The notes under the pieces: generated by a model | The model's database searches: none | The model's input: only the letters and a program-made list of their open reading frames with translations | Told to the model about the DNA's origin: nothing | Made by a program: the position numbers and the translations under genes | From: Candidatus Thorarchaeota archaeon | GTDB lineage: Archaea; Asgardarchaeota; Thorarchaeia; Thorarchaeales; Thorarchaeaceae | Assembly: GCA_003345595.1 (NCBI GenBank) | Contig: PRDI01000058.1 | Coordinates: 15,983-79,982, forward strand | DNA length: 64,000 nucleotides | Direction: 5' to 3' | Shown here: positions 1 to 7,975 of the stretch, piece after piece | Position numbering within the stretch: the stretch's first letter is position 1 | How the letters are laid out: the number at the start of each line of letters is the position of its first letter

Positions 1-52
1 TCGTTCCAACTTCTTTGGCCGAGCTTTCGCTGGATGAAGATTGAGTCGCCAT
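1..52 (-). CDS. 5' end of a gene running off the window, probably the second permease of the ABC operon
   Basis: ATG at 52 with a GGTGGT SD-like motif upstream, 10 nt after the stop of 63..1007. Frame MATQSSSSESSAKEVGT is open to the window edge. Product inferred from operon logic only. Confidence 0.4.
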   Translation of the reverse strand, partial: MATQSSSSESSAKEVGT

Positions 53-62
53 CTTTGACCAC

Positions 63-1007
63 CTACGCTACAAGGAATTCGAAGAGTCGCTCAACGCTCT
101 CCGAAACCGTGTCAACATCAACAATAGGCGCACGCTTTTCCACCGAGATGCGGACCAGCTCACGGTAGAACTGCTCAAGCTGTGGTGTGACAACTCGGCA
201 CTCCAAAAGACCTGAGCCCGCTTCAGCAAACGACATCGACCTAACGATTCCATCGAGCTGAACAAGACCACTCGCAACTGACTTGAGGTTGTCTGGCTTC
301 GAGTGGAACACTACTTCGTGAGGGTATTGGTAAAGAAGGCTTCGAATCTTGTCAGGGTCTCCTTCTGCCACAGCCTGACCGCGGTGTATCAACGTGATCC
401 TGTTGACAAGTTGCTCCAGTTCCTCCAATATGTGACTCGAAATTAGGACCGTCACTCCCCGATCTCGATTCAGCCTTTTCAGCAGATCCATCATATGCCT
501 GCGTCCAAGTGGGTCGAGTCCCCCCAGAGGCTCGTCAAGAATCAGCAAGTCAGGGTCGTGCGCAAGAGCTGCCGCAATCTTGGTCCTCTGTTTCATGCCC
601 TTGGATAGCGCAGCAACTTTTCGGTCTGCAAACTTGGCCATGCCAACATCATTGATTGCCTTATCGACAATTGAGTTGATGTCCTTCGCCCAAGGCAAAT
701 TGATGCGTGTCAGTTGCCTCACAGATGATCTCACTGTAGCCCAAGAGTAGAGGTCATCATGTTCGGAGACGTAGCCCATACGCCTCTTGATGGCGACGTT
801 GTCGTAGGGGTCCTCTCCGAACACTGTCGCCTTGCCGGTATCTGGGCGAGTGAGGCCAGTGATAATCCGTATGGATGTAGACTTCCCTGCCCCATTGGGT
901 CCAACGAAGCCCGTGAGGGTTCCCTGCGTCACACCCATGTTGAACCTGCTGAGAGCGATGACCTCACCATACTGCTTGGAAACCTCATTGAGATGAATCG
1001 CAGGCAC
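63..1007 (-). CDS. ABC transporter ATP-binding protein (ABC-2 exporter type)
   Basis: Walker A GPNGAGKS, signature LSKGMKQR, Walker B LLILDEP, H-loop SSH. Confidence 0.95.
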   Translation of the reverse strand: MPAIHLNEVSKQYGEVIALSRFNMGVTQGTLTGFVGPNGAGKSTSIRIITGLTRPDTGKATVFGEDPYDNVAIKRRMGYVSEHDDLYSWATVRSSVRQLTRINLPWAKDINSIVDKAINDVGMAKFADRKVAALSKGMKQRTKIAAALAHDPDLLILDEPLGGLDPLGRRHMMDLLKRLNRDRGVTVLISSHILEELEQLVNRITLIHRGQAVAEGDPDKIRSLLYQYPHEVVFHSKPDNLKSVASGLVQLDGIVRSMSFAEAGSGLLECRVVTPQLEQFYRELVRISVEKRAPIVDVDTVSESVERLFEFLVA

Positions 1008-1996
1008 TATGTATCCCTCCTGAGAAGATTCACGAACAATATCAGAATCCCGATGAGAAAGACCGCTCCGACGACAGCCACAACCATGTAACCTTCGAGC
1101 CCTGTTCCATTATAGAAGTCAACGACGGCACCATTGACCGTGATATTGCTGCGGCCGAGCATCATTGTTCCGAGCATTGCGATGGAACCCATGAAGTCGA
1201 CGAGGAGTAAGGGCGAGTCACTCGTGGCAAATGAAACAAACGCGCTGGGCAGGCTTGACATGATGATCGCGAATATGAAGAACACCAAAGTGGCTATTCC
1301 TCTCCGTTTCGTCAAGCTCGAGATCGAGAGCATCAAAAGGCTGACAGCGACTGCTGCCATCGTAGTGAAACCCAGGGCCCAAAACAACAGGTCGGCATTA
1401 GCTGCGAAGCTGGTGTTTAGCCCCATTGTCAGCAACAAGTACTGAAGAGCTGCTGGTGCTGTGATTACAAACGTCGAGAAAATAACAAGACTGAGCAGCT
1501 TTCCCGTCAAATACTCAAAGTGGGAAACCCTAGAGTAGTAGGCCTCTGTTGTTTTGAAAAGCTTGTCATCGGCGACTAGACCTCCACCTATGATCGAAAG
1601 GAGTAGGAGCCACATCAAGCTAGTCCCTACAGAAGTAAAGCTGAAAACGGAGAAACCCGGCATGTAGTTGACACCGATTCGGTTTGTCAGGGAGACCATC
1701 CCGAGAACAGATTCAGTGAACGCTCCACGGAATATGTCATTGGCAGTGATTCCTAGAGACTCTAGGTATCCGAGTGGAAGAAACCTGACTAATACTATTG
1801 GCAGGACATCTTGGATAATGAGACTTATCACCATCATGAAAAGAAGGAACTTGGTGAAGCCCGACCTCCTGACTGATTCGACAAGGTTGAACCAACCTAT
1901 AGTGAACACGCGGTACAGTCTGCCCCTACGTGATCCCGAGAAAGGCCTGAAGCTGAACTTCCTCACATACGTTTCGTGTTCGGATTGGTCACTCAC
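1007..1996 (-). CDS. ABC-2 type transporter permease
   Basis: About 6 hydrophobic segments. The YYSRVSHFEYLTGKLL motif is typical of ABC-2 permeases. Overlaps both flanking ATPase genes. Confidence 0.85.
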   Translation of the reverse strand: MSDQSEHETYVRKFSFRPFSGSRRGRLYRVFTIGWFNLVESVRRSGFTKFLLFMMVISLIIQDVLPIVLVRFLPLGYLESLGITANDIFRGAFTESVLGMVSLTNRIGVNYMPGFSVFSFTSVGTSLMWLLLLSIIGGGLVADDKLFKTTEAYYSRVSHFEYLTGKLLSLVIFSTFVITAPAALQYLLLTMGLNTSFAANADLLFWALGFTTMAAVAVSLLMLSISSLTKRRGIATLVFFIFAIIMSSLPSAFVSFATSDSPLLLVDFMGSIAMLGTMMLGRSNITVNGAVVDFYNGTGLEGYMVVAVVGAVFLIGILILFVNLLRRDT

Positions 1997-2922
1997 TCCA
2001 TATCACTCCTCCCTTCAACAAGTGCCATGAATGCATCCTCAAGACTACGAGTCCTGCGTCCAAGGTAGCGTAGGATCAGACTTGGCTCCTTGTTTATCTC
2101 CTCAAGGATGATCATCTCGACGTCGTCCGTTCTTTGGACGTCCAAATTGGATCCATCGAGTTGGCCCTCAAGTCCCCTGGACCTGAGCCTGTCTAGCAGC
2201 TTCTGGGGATCACCTGACACCTTGACCCTCACCATGCCCGAGGTGTCAGTGAGCATCTGTGACACCTCTCCATTCGCGATTACTTTCCCCTGACCCAGGA
2301 CGACAACCCAGTCGCAAACGCGCTCTACGTCGAACAGCAAGTGCGATGATAGTAGGATGCTTTTGCCTTCCTCTTGGTAGAGTCTCTTGATGAGTTCAAG
2401 CATCTGGTGCCGTCCGTTGGGGTCTAATCCATCTGTCGGCTCGTCAAGTATCACGAGTTCGGGGTCGTGAATGAGGGCTGCCGCGAGCTTGCACTTCTGC
2501 ATCATTCCTGTGCTGAACTCTCTGAGGCGTCTATACCGCTCCTCAGCAAGGCCTACATAGTGCAGAGTGTCATGCGCCCTCTGAGCCGCTTCAACTGGAT
2601 CCAGACCGGAGAGCCTTCCCATGAAGGTCACATACTTCTGTGCACTGACATCAGGCATTGTGGGAGAGAACTCCGGTGAGTAACCAATGTGGTCGCGGAT
2701 TTCCCGGATAGACTCTGGCATCTTTCGACCTAGCACAGTCGCGGACCCAGAGGAGTATCGGATGATCCCCATCAGAATCCGGATGAGAGTAGTCTTGCCT
2801 GCGCCATTCGGACCCAGGAGACCAACGGCCCTCTTGGGTGCCCCTACTGTTACACCATCCAGAGCCAGTGTCTTCCCATACAGCTTCGACAGAGCGTTTG
2901 TGCTGAAAGCGTCAGAACTCAC
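1993..2922 (-). CDS. ABC transporter ATP-binding protein
   Basis: Walker A GPNGAGKT, signature FSTGMMQK, Walker B VILDEP, SSH. Confidence 0.95.
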   Translation of the reverse strand: MSSDAFSTNALSKLYGKTLALDGVTVGAPKRAVGLLGPNGAGKTTLIRILMGIIRYSSGSATVLGRKMPESIREIRDHIGYSPEFSPTMPDVSAQKYVTFMGRLSGLDPVEAAQRAHDTLHYVGLAEERYRRLREFSTGMMQKCKLAAALIHDPELVILDEPTDGLDPNGRHQMLELIKRLYQEEGKSILLSSHLLFDVERVCDWVVVLGQGKVIANGEVSQMLTDTSGMVRVKVSGDPQKLLDRLRSRGLEGQLDGSNLDVQRTDDVEMIILEEINKEPSLILRYLGRRTRSLEDAFMALVEGRSDME

Positions 2923-2999
2923 ATCTCAACCCAACGCGACAGATTGGGTTCTGCTATATTAGTCTGTGTGTCGCTGAAATGCTCATGCGTACGAGAAGC

Positions 3000-3317
3000 T
3001 TAGCTATGCGTCATTGTGACTAGGATGAACTCGTCCTGAGGCGCAATACGTATTCCCCCCATGGACGTCTGGACTTGGATAAACAGGAGGTCGCCTCCCC
3101 TCAGCATCTGGCCCATTACCTCTTTAGTCTTGCCAATCAATGCTCCGAGAAGGGCAGAAACCTCTTCGCATCTCTCCGGGCTGAGTCCCCAGCTGTTTAT
3201 GGTGAAACCTTCAGGGCTGATGAACAAAGCGGCATAAACATCAGGGAACTTGCTCGTGATGTTCTGGATAATCCTCTCGAAGATCTCGCGCTTTGGCATT
3301 GCGGGCATAGTGTGCAC
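3000..3317 (-). CDS. Roadblock/LC7 (LAMTOR2/MglB-like) domain protein
   Basis: About 100 aa with the pattern helix - VYAALFISPEGFTI - helix (EEVSALLGALI) - three beta strands ending FILVTM. Confidence 0.85.
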   Translation of the reverse strand: MHTMPAMPKREIFERIIQNITSKFPDVYAALFISPEGFTINSWGLSPERCEEVSALLGALIGKTKEVMGQMLRGGDLLFIQVQTSMGGIRIAPQDEFILVTMTHS

Positions 3318-3418
3318 ATCCGTGAGAGGTCAGTAGACTCCTCTTATCGCAGACTTGCGCATGTACAATATAACCATTGTGCGAATGTGGGGCGAGCCTT
3401 CAGTTCTAGGAAGCACTC

Positions 3419-4138
3419 TTGGTCAAAAGCAAGTACTTGCTCCTTAGGGCACCGATTGAGGGACAAAGGATAAAGCGCACCTTCTTACGGCACGAGGTAA
3501 GGTCGGTGCTTCCGCTGAAATACTACGACGAAACGCTTGGGCTCACAGGTAGACGCGTCTTGTTGGCCCGTGTCATCTCCCGGGTCGTACCTGCTCCGTT
3601 CGTCAATCTCTACGTGACAGTCATAATGTCCTACTTCCCTCCCAAATCCCTCGGACCGTACCTCAGTCCCCTATCTATCGTGCTCGTATGTCTGGTTTTC
3701 ATGGTGGTTCTGCCGCTCTCCCCGATAGTGTTTCAGGCGTGGCGTGGCAAGGTCGACCTTGATGTGTCAGCCAGAGAGATGAGACTGAGATTCTTCGTGT
3801 TCTCTCTTGTGTGCTATACGTTCGCTTACGTCATCTATTGGCTGTTTCAGTGTAGCCTGATGAGTGTCTTGGCTGCTGCCTACTTTGGAGTCACTCTTGC
3901 AGTGATGATATCTACGCTTCGCACAAAGGTTTCGGTGCACGCGGCAGGCGTAGGTGGTCCAGGCACCGCTTTGCTGTACGTTTATGGCATGTTGGCCGTG
4001 CCGGTGCTAGTCCTCTGGGTTGCCGTTGTGTGGGCGCGGGCCTACCTGAAGCAACACACGCTCGTTCAGTCTGTGGCTGGCTTGGCCATTGGTGCAATCG
4101 TGACATACTTTGTCTATGCCTTTCTCTACACGAGCTGA
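3419..4138 (+). CDS. PAP2-like integral membrane phosphatase family protein
   Basis: Multi-TM protein with KVSVHAAG and WARAYLKQHTLVQSVAG, resembling PAP2 motifs 2 and 3. True start uncertain. Confidence 0.6.
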   Translation: MVKSKYLLLRAPIEGQRIKRTFLRHEVRSVLPLKYYDETLGLTGRRVLLARVISRVVPAPFVNLYVTVIMSYFPPKSLGPYLSPLSIVLVCLVFMVVLPLSPIVFQAWRGKVDLDVSAREMRLRFFVFSLVCYTFAYVIYWLFQCSLMSVLAAAYFGVTLAVMISTLRTKVSVHAAGVGGPGTALLYVYGMLAVPVLVLWVAVVWARAYLKQHTLVQSVAGLAIGAIVTYFVYAFLYTS

Positions 4139-4356
4139 GCTCTCAGATGGAGCCATTCATTATCGGATTTCGGAGTGATTCCTCTGAGCTCAAGAACAGT
4201 CGCACCTGATCTGTCGATATGTTCCTCCAGTATTCCTGTCTTTGTACTCTGCCGACAAATACCTATTACGGGTCGAGGGTGCCTCCTAGCGTGGTCAGGT
4301 CTGATGTTGCCCACACACAAAAAGCATTCATATTGTCACGAATGCCACTTGCTTGC

Positions 4357-5724
4357 ATGGGTGGCGAGCTCAAGTTGCAGGATCAACCCGTCTGTCCGAA
4401 GTGTGGTTCCCGCCTAGGCAAGGGCTCCACACATTGTTTCCATTGTGGCTACAAGCTGAGCGAGACTCTTGGCCCAGACGGAATCATCGTGGGCGCACAA
4501 GAAGAGACAGTCCCTCCAGTAGAAGGCACCAAAGGTCCGAATCTCTCCAATCTTGAGGAACGGATGCTGGGCATGCTGGGGGGTGAAGAGGAGCCCCAAG
4601 CCAAAGAGACTGGTCGACGAGAAGATGGAGAACTTGTGACTCTCCCAGAACTCGATGAATCGGAACTCGAGGAGCTCGAGGTCGACAGCAAAGAGGTTCG
4701 GGTTGGCCCCGTAGAGGCCGCGAAGCCCCAAACACCCGTTTCGGATGAAGCCTTCCTTCCCCCACTGGATGCGGAAGCAGAAACTAGGGCGACAGAGTCC
4801 TCGGCAACCCCCCCTCCAGAAGAAGCACGCGCTTCGGCACGAAGTGAATCCTTGCGTGTTGACGAGAAACCAGAGCCCGCTCTCACGTGGGAATACTCTG
4901 ATCGAATCCCAGAAATGGAACCCGAGGATGTGAAGGAGGGTAACCCCTTCCAAGAGATTGAGCCTCCTAGGGTCGTGTCCGAAGAGGGTGCACCTCGACC
5001 AGCTCCTGGGATGGAGGAAGCGTCCTCTGGCACGGAAGATGAACCCACAAGACGAGCTGTAGCACACCTGTTCCCGCAAGGACGAGGGGTAACGTCCCGA
5101 CAGTTCATCGATGCTGTTGTCGGAAAACCTTCGAGGATTGGGGCTGGTCTCACAGTCGTCGAGATGGAGGCTCCAACTTGCCCTCAGTGTGGTGCTGCAG
5201 TGACTCAGGATGGATTCGACTACCCTCCATATGTCTATGAAGCGATGGGCAAGGCCAGATTGGATAATGGGTCCAGCAAAATAAAGGATAATGAGTACGA
5301 GAAGGCCATTGAGTCATTCGAGATTGCGAAGAAGCTGTTCGAAAGAGCAGGCAATACCAAGATGGTGGAGGAAAGCACAAGAAGAGCGAATGAGGGCTAT
5401 GACGCTATGGCTGAATCGCATATTGTTCAGGGCGAGCGTCATCTGAAGTCTGGCCAATTCGAGTGGGCAGTTGTGCAGTTCAAGAAGGCTCGTGAGTTGT
5501 ACATGTTCAGCACCGATCCGAGGAAGAGAGCAAGATGTGCTGAGAAGGCGCGCGAGAGTTACAGTGCGTGGGGAAGAGAGCTGGAGTCCGAGGGTGACGC
5601 ATTGGTGAAAAGCGGACAGAGCAGAGAGGCGCTCACTAAATACAAAGAGGCCGCTGAGAAGTTCAGAGAGGGCGAGGACTCAAAGCGATTGGCAGGTCTT
5701 GAGAAGAAAATCAGAAAGGCTTAG
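4357..5724 (+). CDS. Zinc-ribbon / acidic disordered linker / TPR-like helical repeat protein
   Basis: CPKCG...CFHCG at the N-terminus, long E/P-rich region, CPQCG, then helical repeats (YEKAIESFEIAKKLF; FEWAVVQFKKARELY; REALTKYKEAAEKF). Start moved to ATG 4357 from ORF-track 4219. Confidence 0.75.
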   Translation: MGGELKLQDQPVCPKCGSRLGKGSTHCFHCGYKLSETLGPDGIIVGAQEETVPPVEGTKGPNLSNLEERMLGMLGGEEEPQAKETGRREDGELVTLPELDESELEELEVDSKEVRVGPVEAAKPQTPVSDEAFLPPLDAEAETRATESSATPPPEEARASARSESLRVDEKPEPALTWEYSDRIPEMEPEDVKEGNPFQEIEPPRVVSEEGAPRPAPGMEEASSGTEDEPTRRAVAHLFPQGRGVTSRQFIDAVVGKPSRIGAGLTVVEMEAPTCPQCGAAVTQDGFDYPPYVYEAMGKARLDNGSSKIKDNEYEKAIESFEIAKKLFERAGNTKMVEESTRRANEGYDAMAESHIVQGERHLKSGQFEWAVVQFKKARELYMFSTDPRKRARCAEKARESYSAWGRELESEGDALVKSGQSREALTKYKEAAEKFREGEDSKRLAGLEKKIRKA

Positions 5725-5848
5725 CCTGCCCCCAAATAGAGTTTCAGCTTCGCAGCCACTCTGGAAACATACGACAATGAATCGGGGTCAAAACGGACGA
5801 CTCATGGCGACCCATCCAGACATGCCCACAACTTTACCCGGCGCATGC

Positions 5849-7975
5849 TCATATCCAGTCGCCGGTTTCGAGTTTGCGTGGAATGTATTGGTCCGTCAGG
5901 TACTCGAAGCCGTGACTTGCGAACGCTTGAATCTCTGCCTTCTCTTTGATGCGGAGCATCAGTTCCAGATCCTGAACCCAGGGGCCGTTCTTCTGCACAA
6001 AGGGCTCCTTAAGCATCTCCTTCACTCGCTTGATATCTGCTGGCATCATGGGGATACGAACGCTCTTCGGAATCTTGAATTCATCCAAGTCTCTGCTGAG
6101 CACTCCGAGGAGTTTGAGCTCAGGCGTTGCGATGAATGGTGACTCATAGCTGAGTCGCTTGCTGCCTCGCAGAAAAACGGAATAGATGTAGTGCCCGTAT
6201 GGGTCAGAGTCCATGAGTGCGAAAGCTGGTATCTCCAGTTCCTTGACCATGATCTTCAGGAAGGCTCTCGTGGCCATGTCACCAGAGCCTTTTCCTGTGA
6301 GCACAATGCACGGCTGTCTGTTCCAGTACTTTGCCTCTGCCAGCCGCATCACTGCTGCGTCCTTCTCTGACAGTAGAATGAACTCGGCATCACTCTCGAC
6401 TATCTCGACTTCGTCAAGGAATGGCGTGATAGCCCAACCACCTGTGCCCATCTGAGTGAGATCAATCCTGTCGCCAGCATCCCGTATGACGACACGTCCC
6501 ATCGCCGACCCACGGGCAGCGGCCACAACGTGTACGCTGTCACGGGTCGTCTGCAGCATTGATGAAACGTCCTCGAGTATCTTGTCACTATACTTCTGGT
6601 CACGAAAGAGGTTGACATCCGAATAGTAAATCTCTCTCTTCGTCGCATGAAGGCTCGACTTCAGGAGTTCATATACTATCTCCATCACTCTTGCAGTGCG
6701 AGTGGCATCCACAACAGACGCTAGGGAGTGGTAGGGACGAGAGATAGTCCTCATACCCAGCAGAAGAAGATCCCTTACTTCATCCCACACTATGTTGTCG
6801 GCGGACCTGCTCGGTATCTCAAACGATGGACGCCCGGTGGTCATTGTTTCGTTCAGAACCTCGATTGCAGCCTCGACCAACCTCTCGACGGTTTCATCTG
6901 CAGTCAGGTTCGCCACAGGAACTGTGCCCGGTGACGTGGCCCCATCCTTCGAAACCGGTTCTTTTTCTGCGGTGCGCCACTGCGCTCTCATCTGCTCGGC
7001 GAGGTCAATGATAGGTTGCGGGACAGGCAACCCTGACGACTTGCGAACCGGTCTTACTCGCGTCAATGGGACCTTTATGGGCTTGGGCTTTCTGTGTACA
7101 GTAACGACAGTTTCCTCCACCTTCGGCTTCTTCTTCGCCTTCTTGCTTGTCTTCTTCTCGCCGGCTACCTCTGGTGCCTTCGGATCGGGAGTAGAAATCG
7201 CTGTTACGGGTTCGCCAGAAACTTGAGCGAGCTGCCTTGACGTCATGGCCTCCTTCGCAGCCGCCACGAGTGACTTTGCATGGCCCACGCTTAAGCCGTC
7301 GACCGTACGTGCCAGACTCTCTGGACGTGTCCTCGACAATCTAGCTACGGAGTCATACCCAGCTGAAACGAGTCTTTGTGCCAGCTTGGAGCCCACACCG
7401 TCAAGATCAGTGAGTTCAGGCTCAGGACCAGAAACCTCTGCACTCGGCTCGGCTTCTGCAGACGAGGTCTGGGTTTCCTCCAAGTCAATTGACGAAGTTC
7501 TTAGATATTCGGCTGCAGCCTTGATTAGCTTCTTCGCAGAGTCGACTGTCATTCCTTCAACTCGCCGCGACACGGCGTCCGCCTTTGCGTTTGATAGCTG
7601 CTCGACAGAGTCGTACCCTGCTTCGGTCAGTTTCTCTTCTAGCTTTTTGCCCACTCCAGCCAAGAGTCCGAGTGAGGTTGTTGTAGACGGCTCTTCTTCC
7701 TGAACGGTTTCTGGGATTTTGGATGTCCCCCTGCTCTCAGGTTTCTTCTCTTTCTTTGGACTAGCTTTCTTGCTGGCACGTTTGGGCTGTGACGTTCTCT
7801 TCTCGGGCTTAGCCTTCTTCTCCTTTCGTTTCTTGTCAGGCGCCTTGCTCTCCTTCTTCCGAGAGAGTCTGTCCCTGAGAGACTTCATCTTTGAGTCTTT
7901 CACCTTCTTTCGATCGACCAGATTCCCTAAGGTGGTCTGGACACCCTCCTTGTTGTCAGTCCGTTTGGCTGCCAC
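5849..7975 (-). CDS. top6A: DNA topoisomerase VI subunit A (Spo11 family) with ~350-aa N-terminal extension containing two HhH modules
   Basis: TKREIYY catalytic-Tyr motif, Toprim EKDA and DSDPYG, and KAEIQA. The GTG start overlaps the top6B stop (TAGTG). Confidence 0.95.
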   Translation of the reverse strand: MAAKRTDNKEGVQTTLGNLVDRKKVKDSKMKSLRDRLSRKKESKAPDKKRKEKKAKPEKRTSQPKRASKKASPKKEKKPESRGTSKIPETVQEEEPSTTTSLGLLAGVGKKLEEKLTEAGYDSVEQLSNAKADAVSRRVEGMTVDSAKKLIKAAAEYLRTSSIDLEETQTSSAEAEPSAEVSGPEPELTDLDGVGSKLAQRLVSAGYDSVARLSRTRPESLARTVDGLSVGHAKSLVAAAKEAMTSRQLAQVSGEPVTAISTPDPKAPEVAGEKKTSKKAKKKPKVEETVVTVHRKPKPIKVPLTRVRPVRKSSGLPVPQPIIDLAEQMRAQWRTAEKEPVSKDGATSPGTVPVANLTADETVERLVEAAIEVLNETMTTGRPSFEIPSRSADNIVWDEVRDLLLLGMRTISRPYHSLASVVDATRTARVMEIVYELLKSSLHATKREIYYSDVNLFRDQKYSDKILEDVSSMLQTTRDSVHVVAAARGSAMGRVVIRDAGDRIDLTQMGTGGWAITPFLDEVEIVESDAEFILLSEKDAAVMRLAEAKYWNRQPCIVLTGKGSGDMATRAFLKIMVKELEIPAFALMDSDPYGHYIYSVFLRGSKRLSYESPFIATPELKLLGVLSRDLDEFKIPKSVRIPMMPADIKRVKEMLKEPFVQKNGPWVQDLELMLRIKEKAEIQAFASHGFEYLTDQYIPRKLETGDWI

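Noticed and set aside
4414-5153. Long minus-strand ORFs 4414..5079 and 4449..5153
   Set aside because: Antisense shadows of the low-complexity part of 4357..5724; no protein-like motifs.
5849-7975. Interpreting top6A as a meiotic-type Spo11
   Set aside because: It is translationally coupled to a full top6B with intact GHKL motifs, so it is an ordinary A2B2 Topo VI arrangement.
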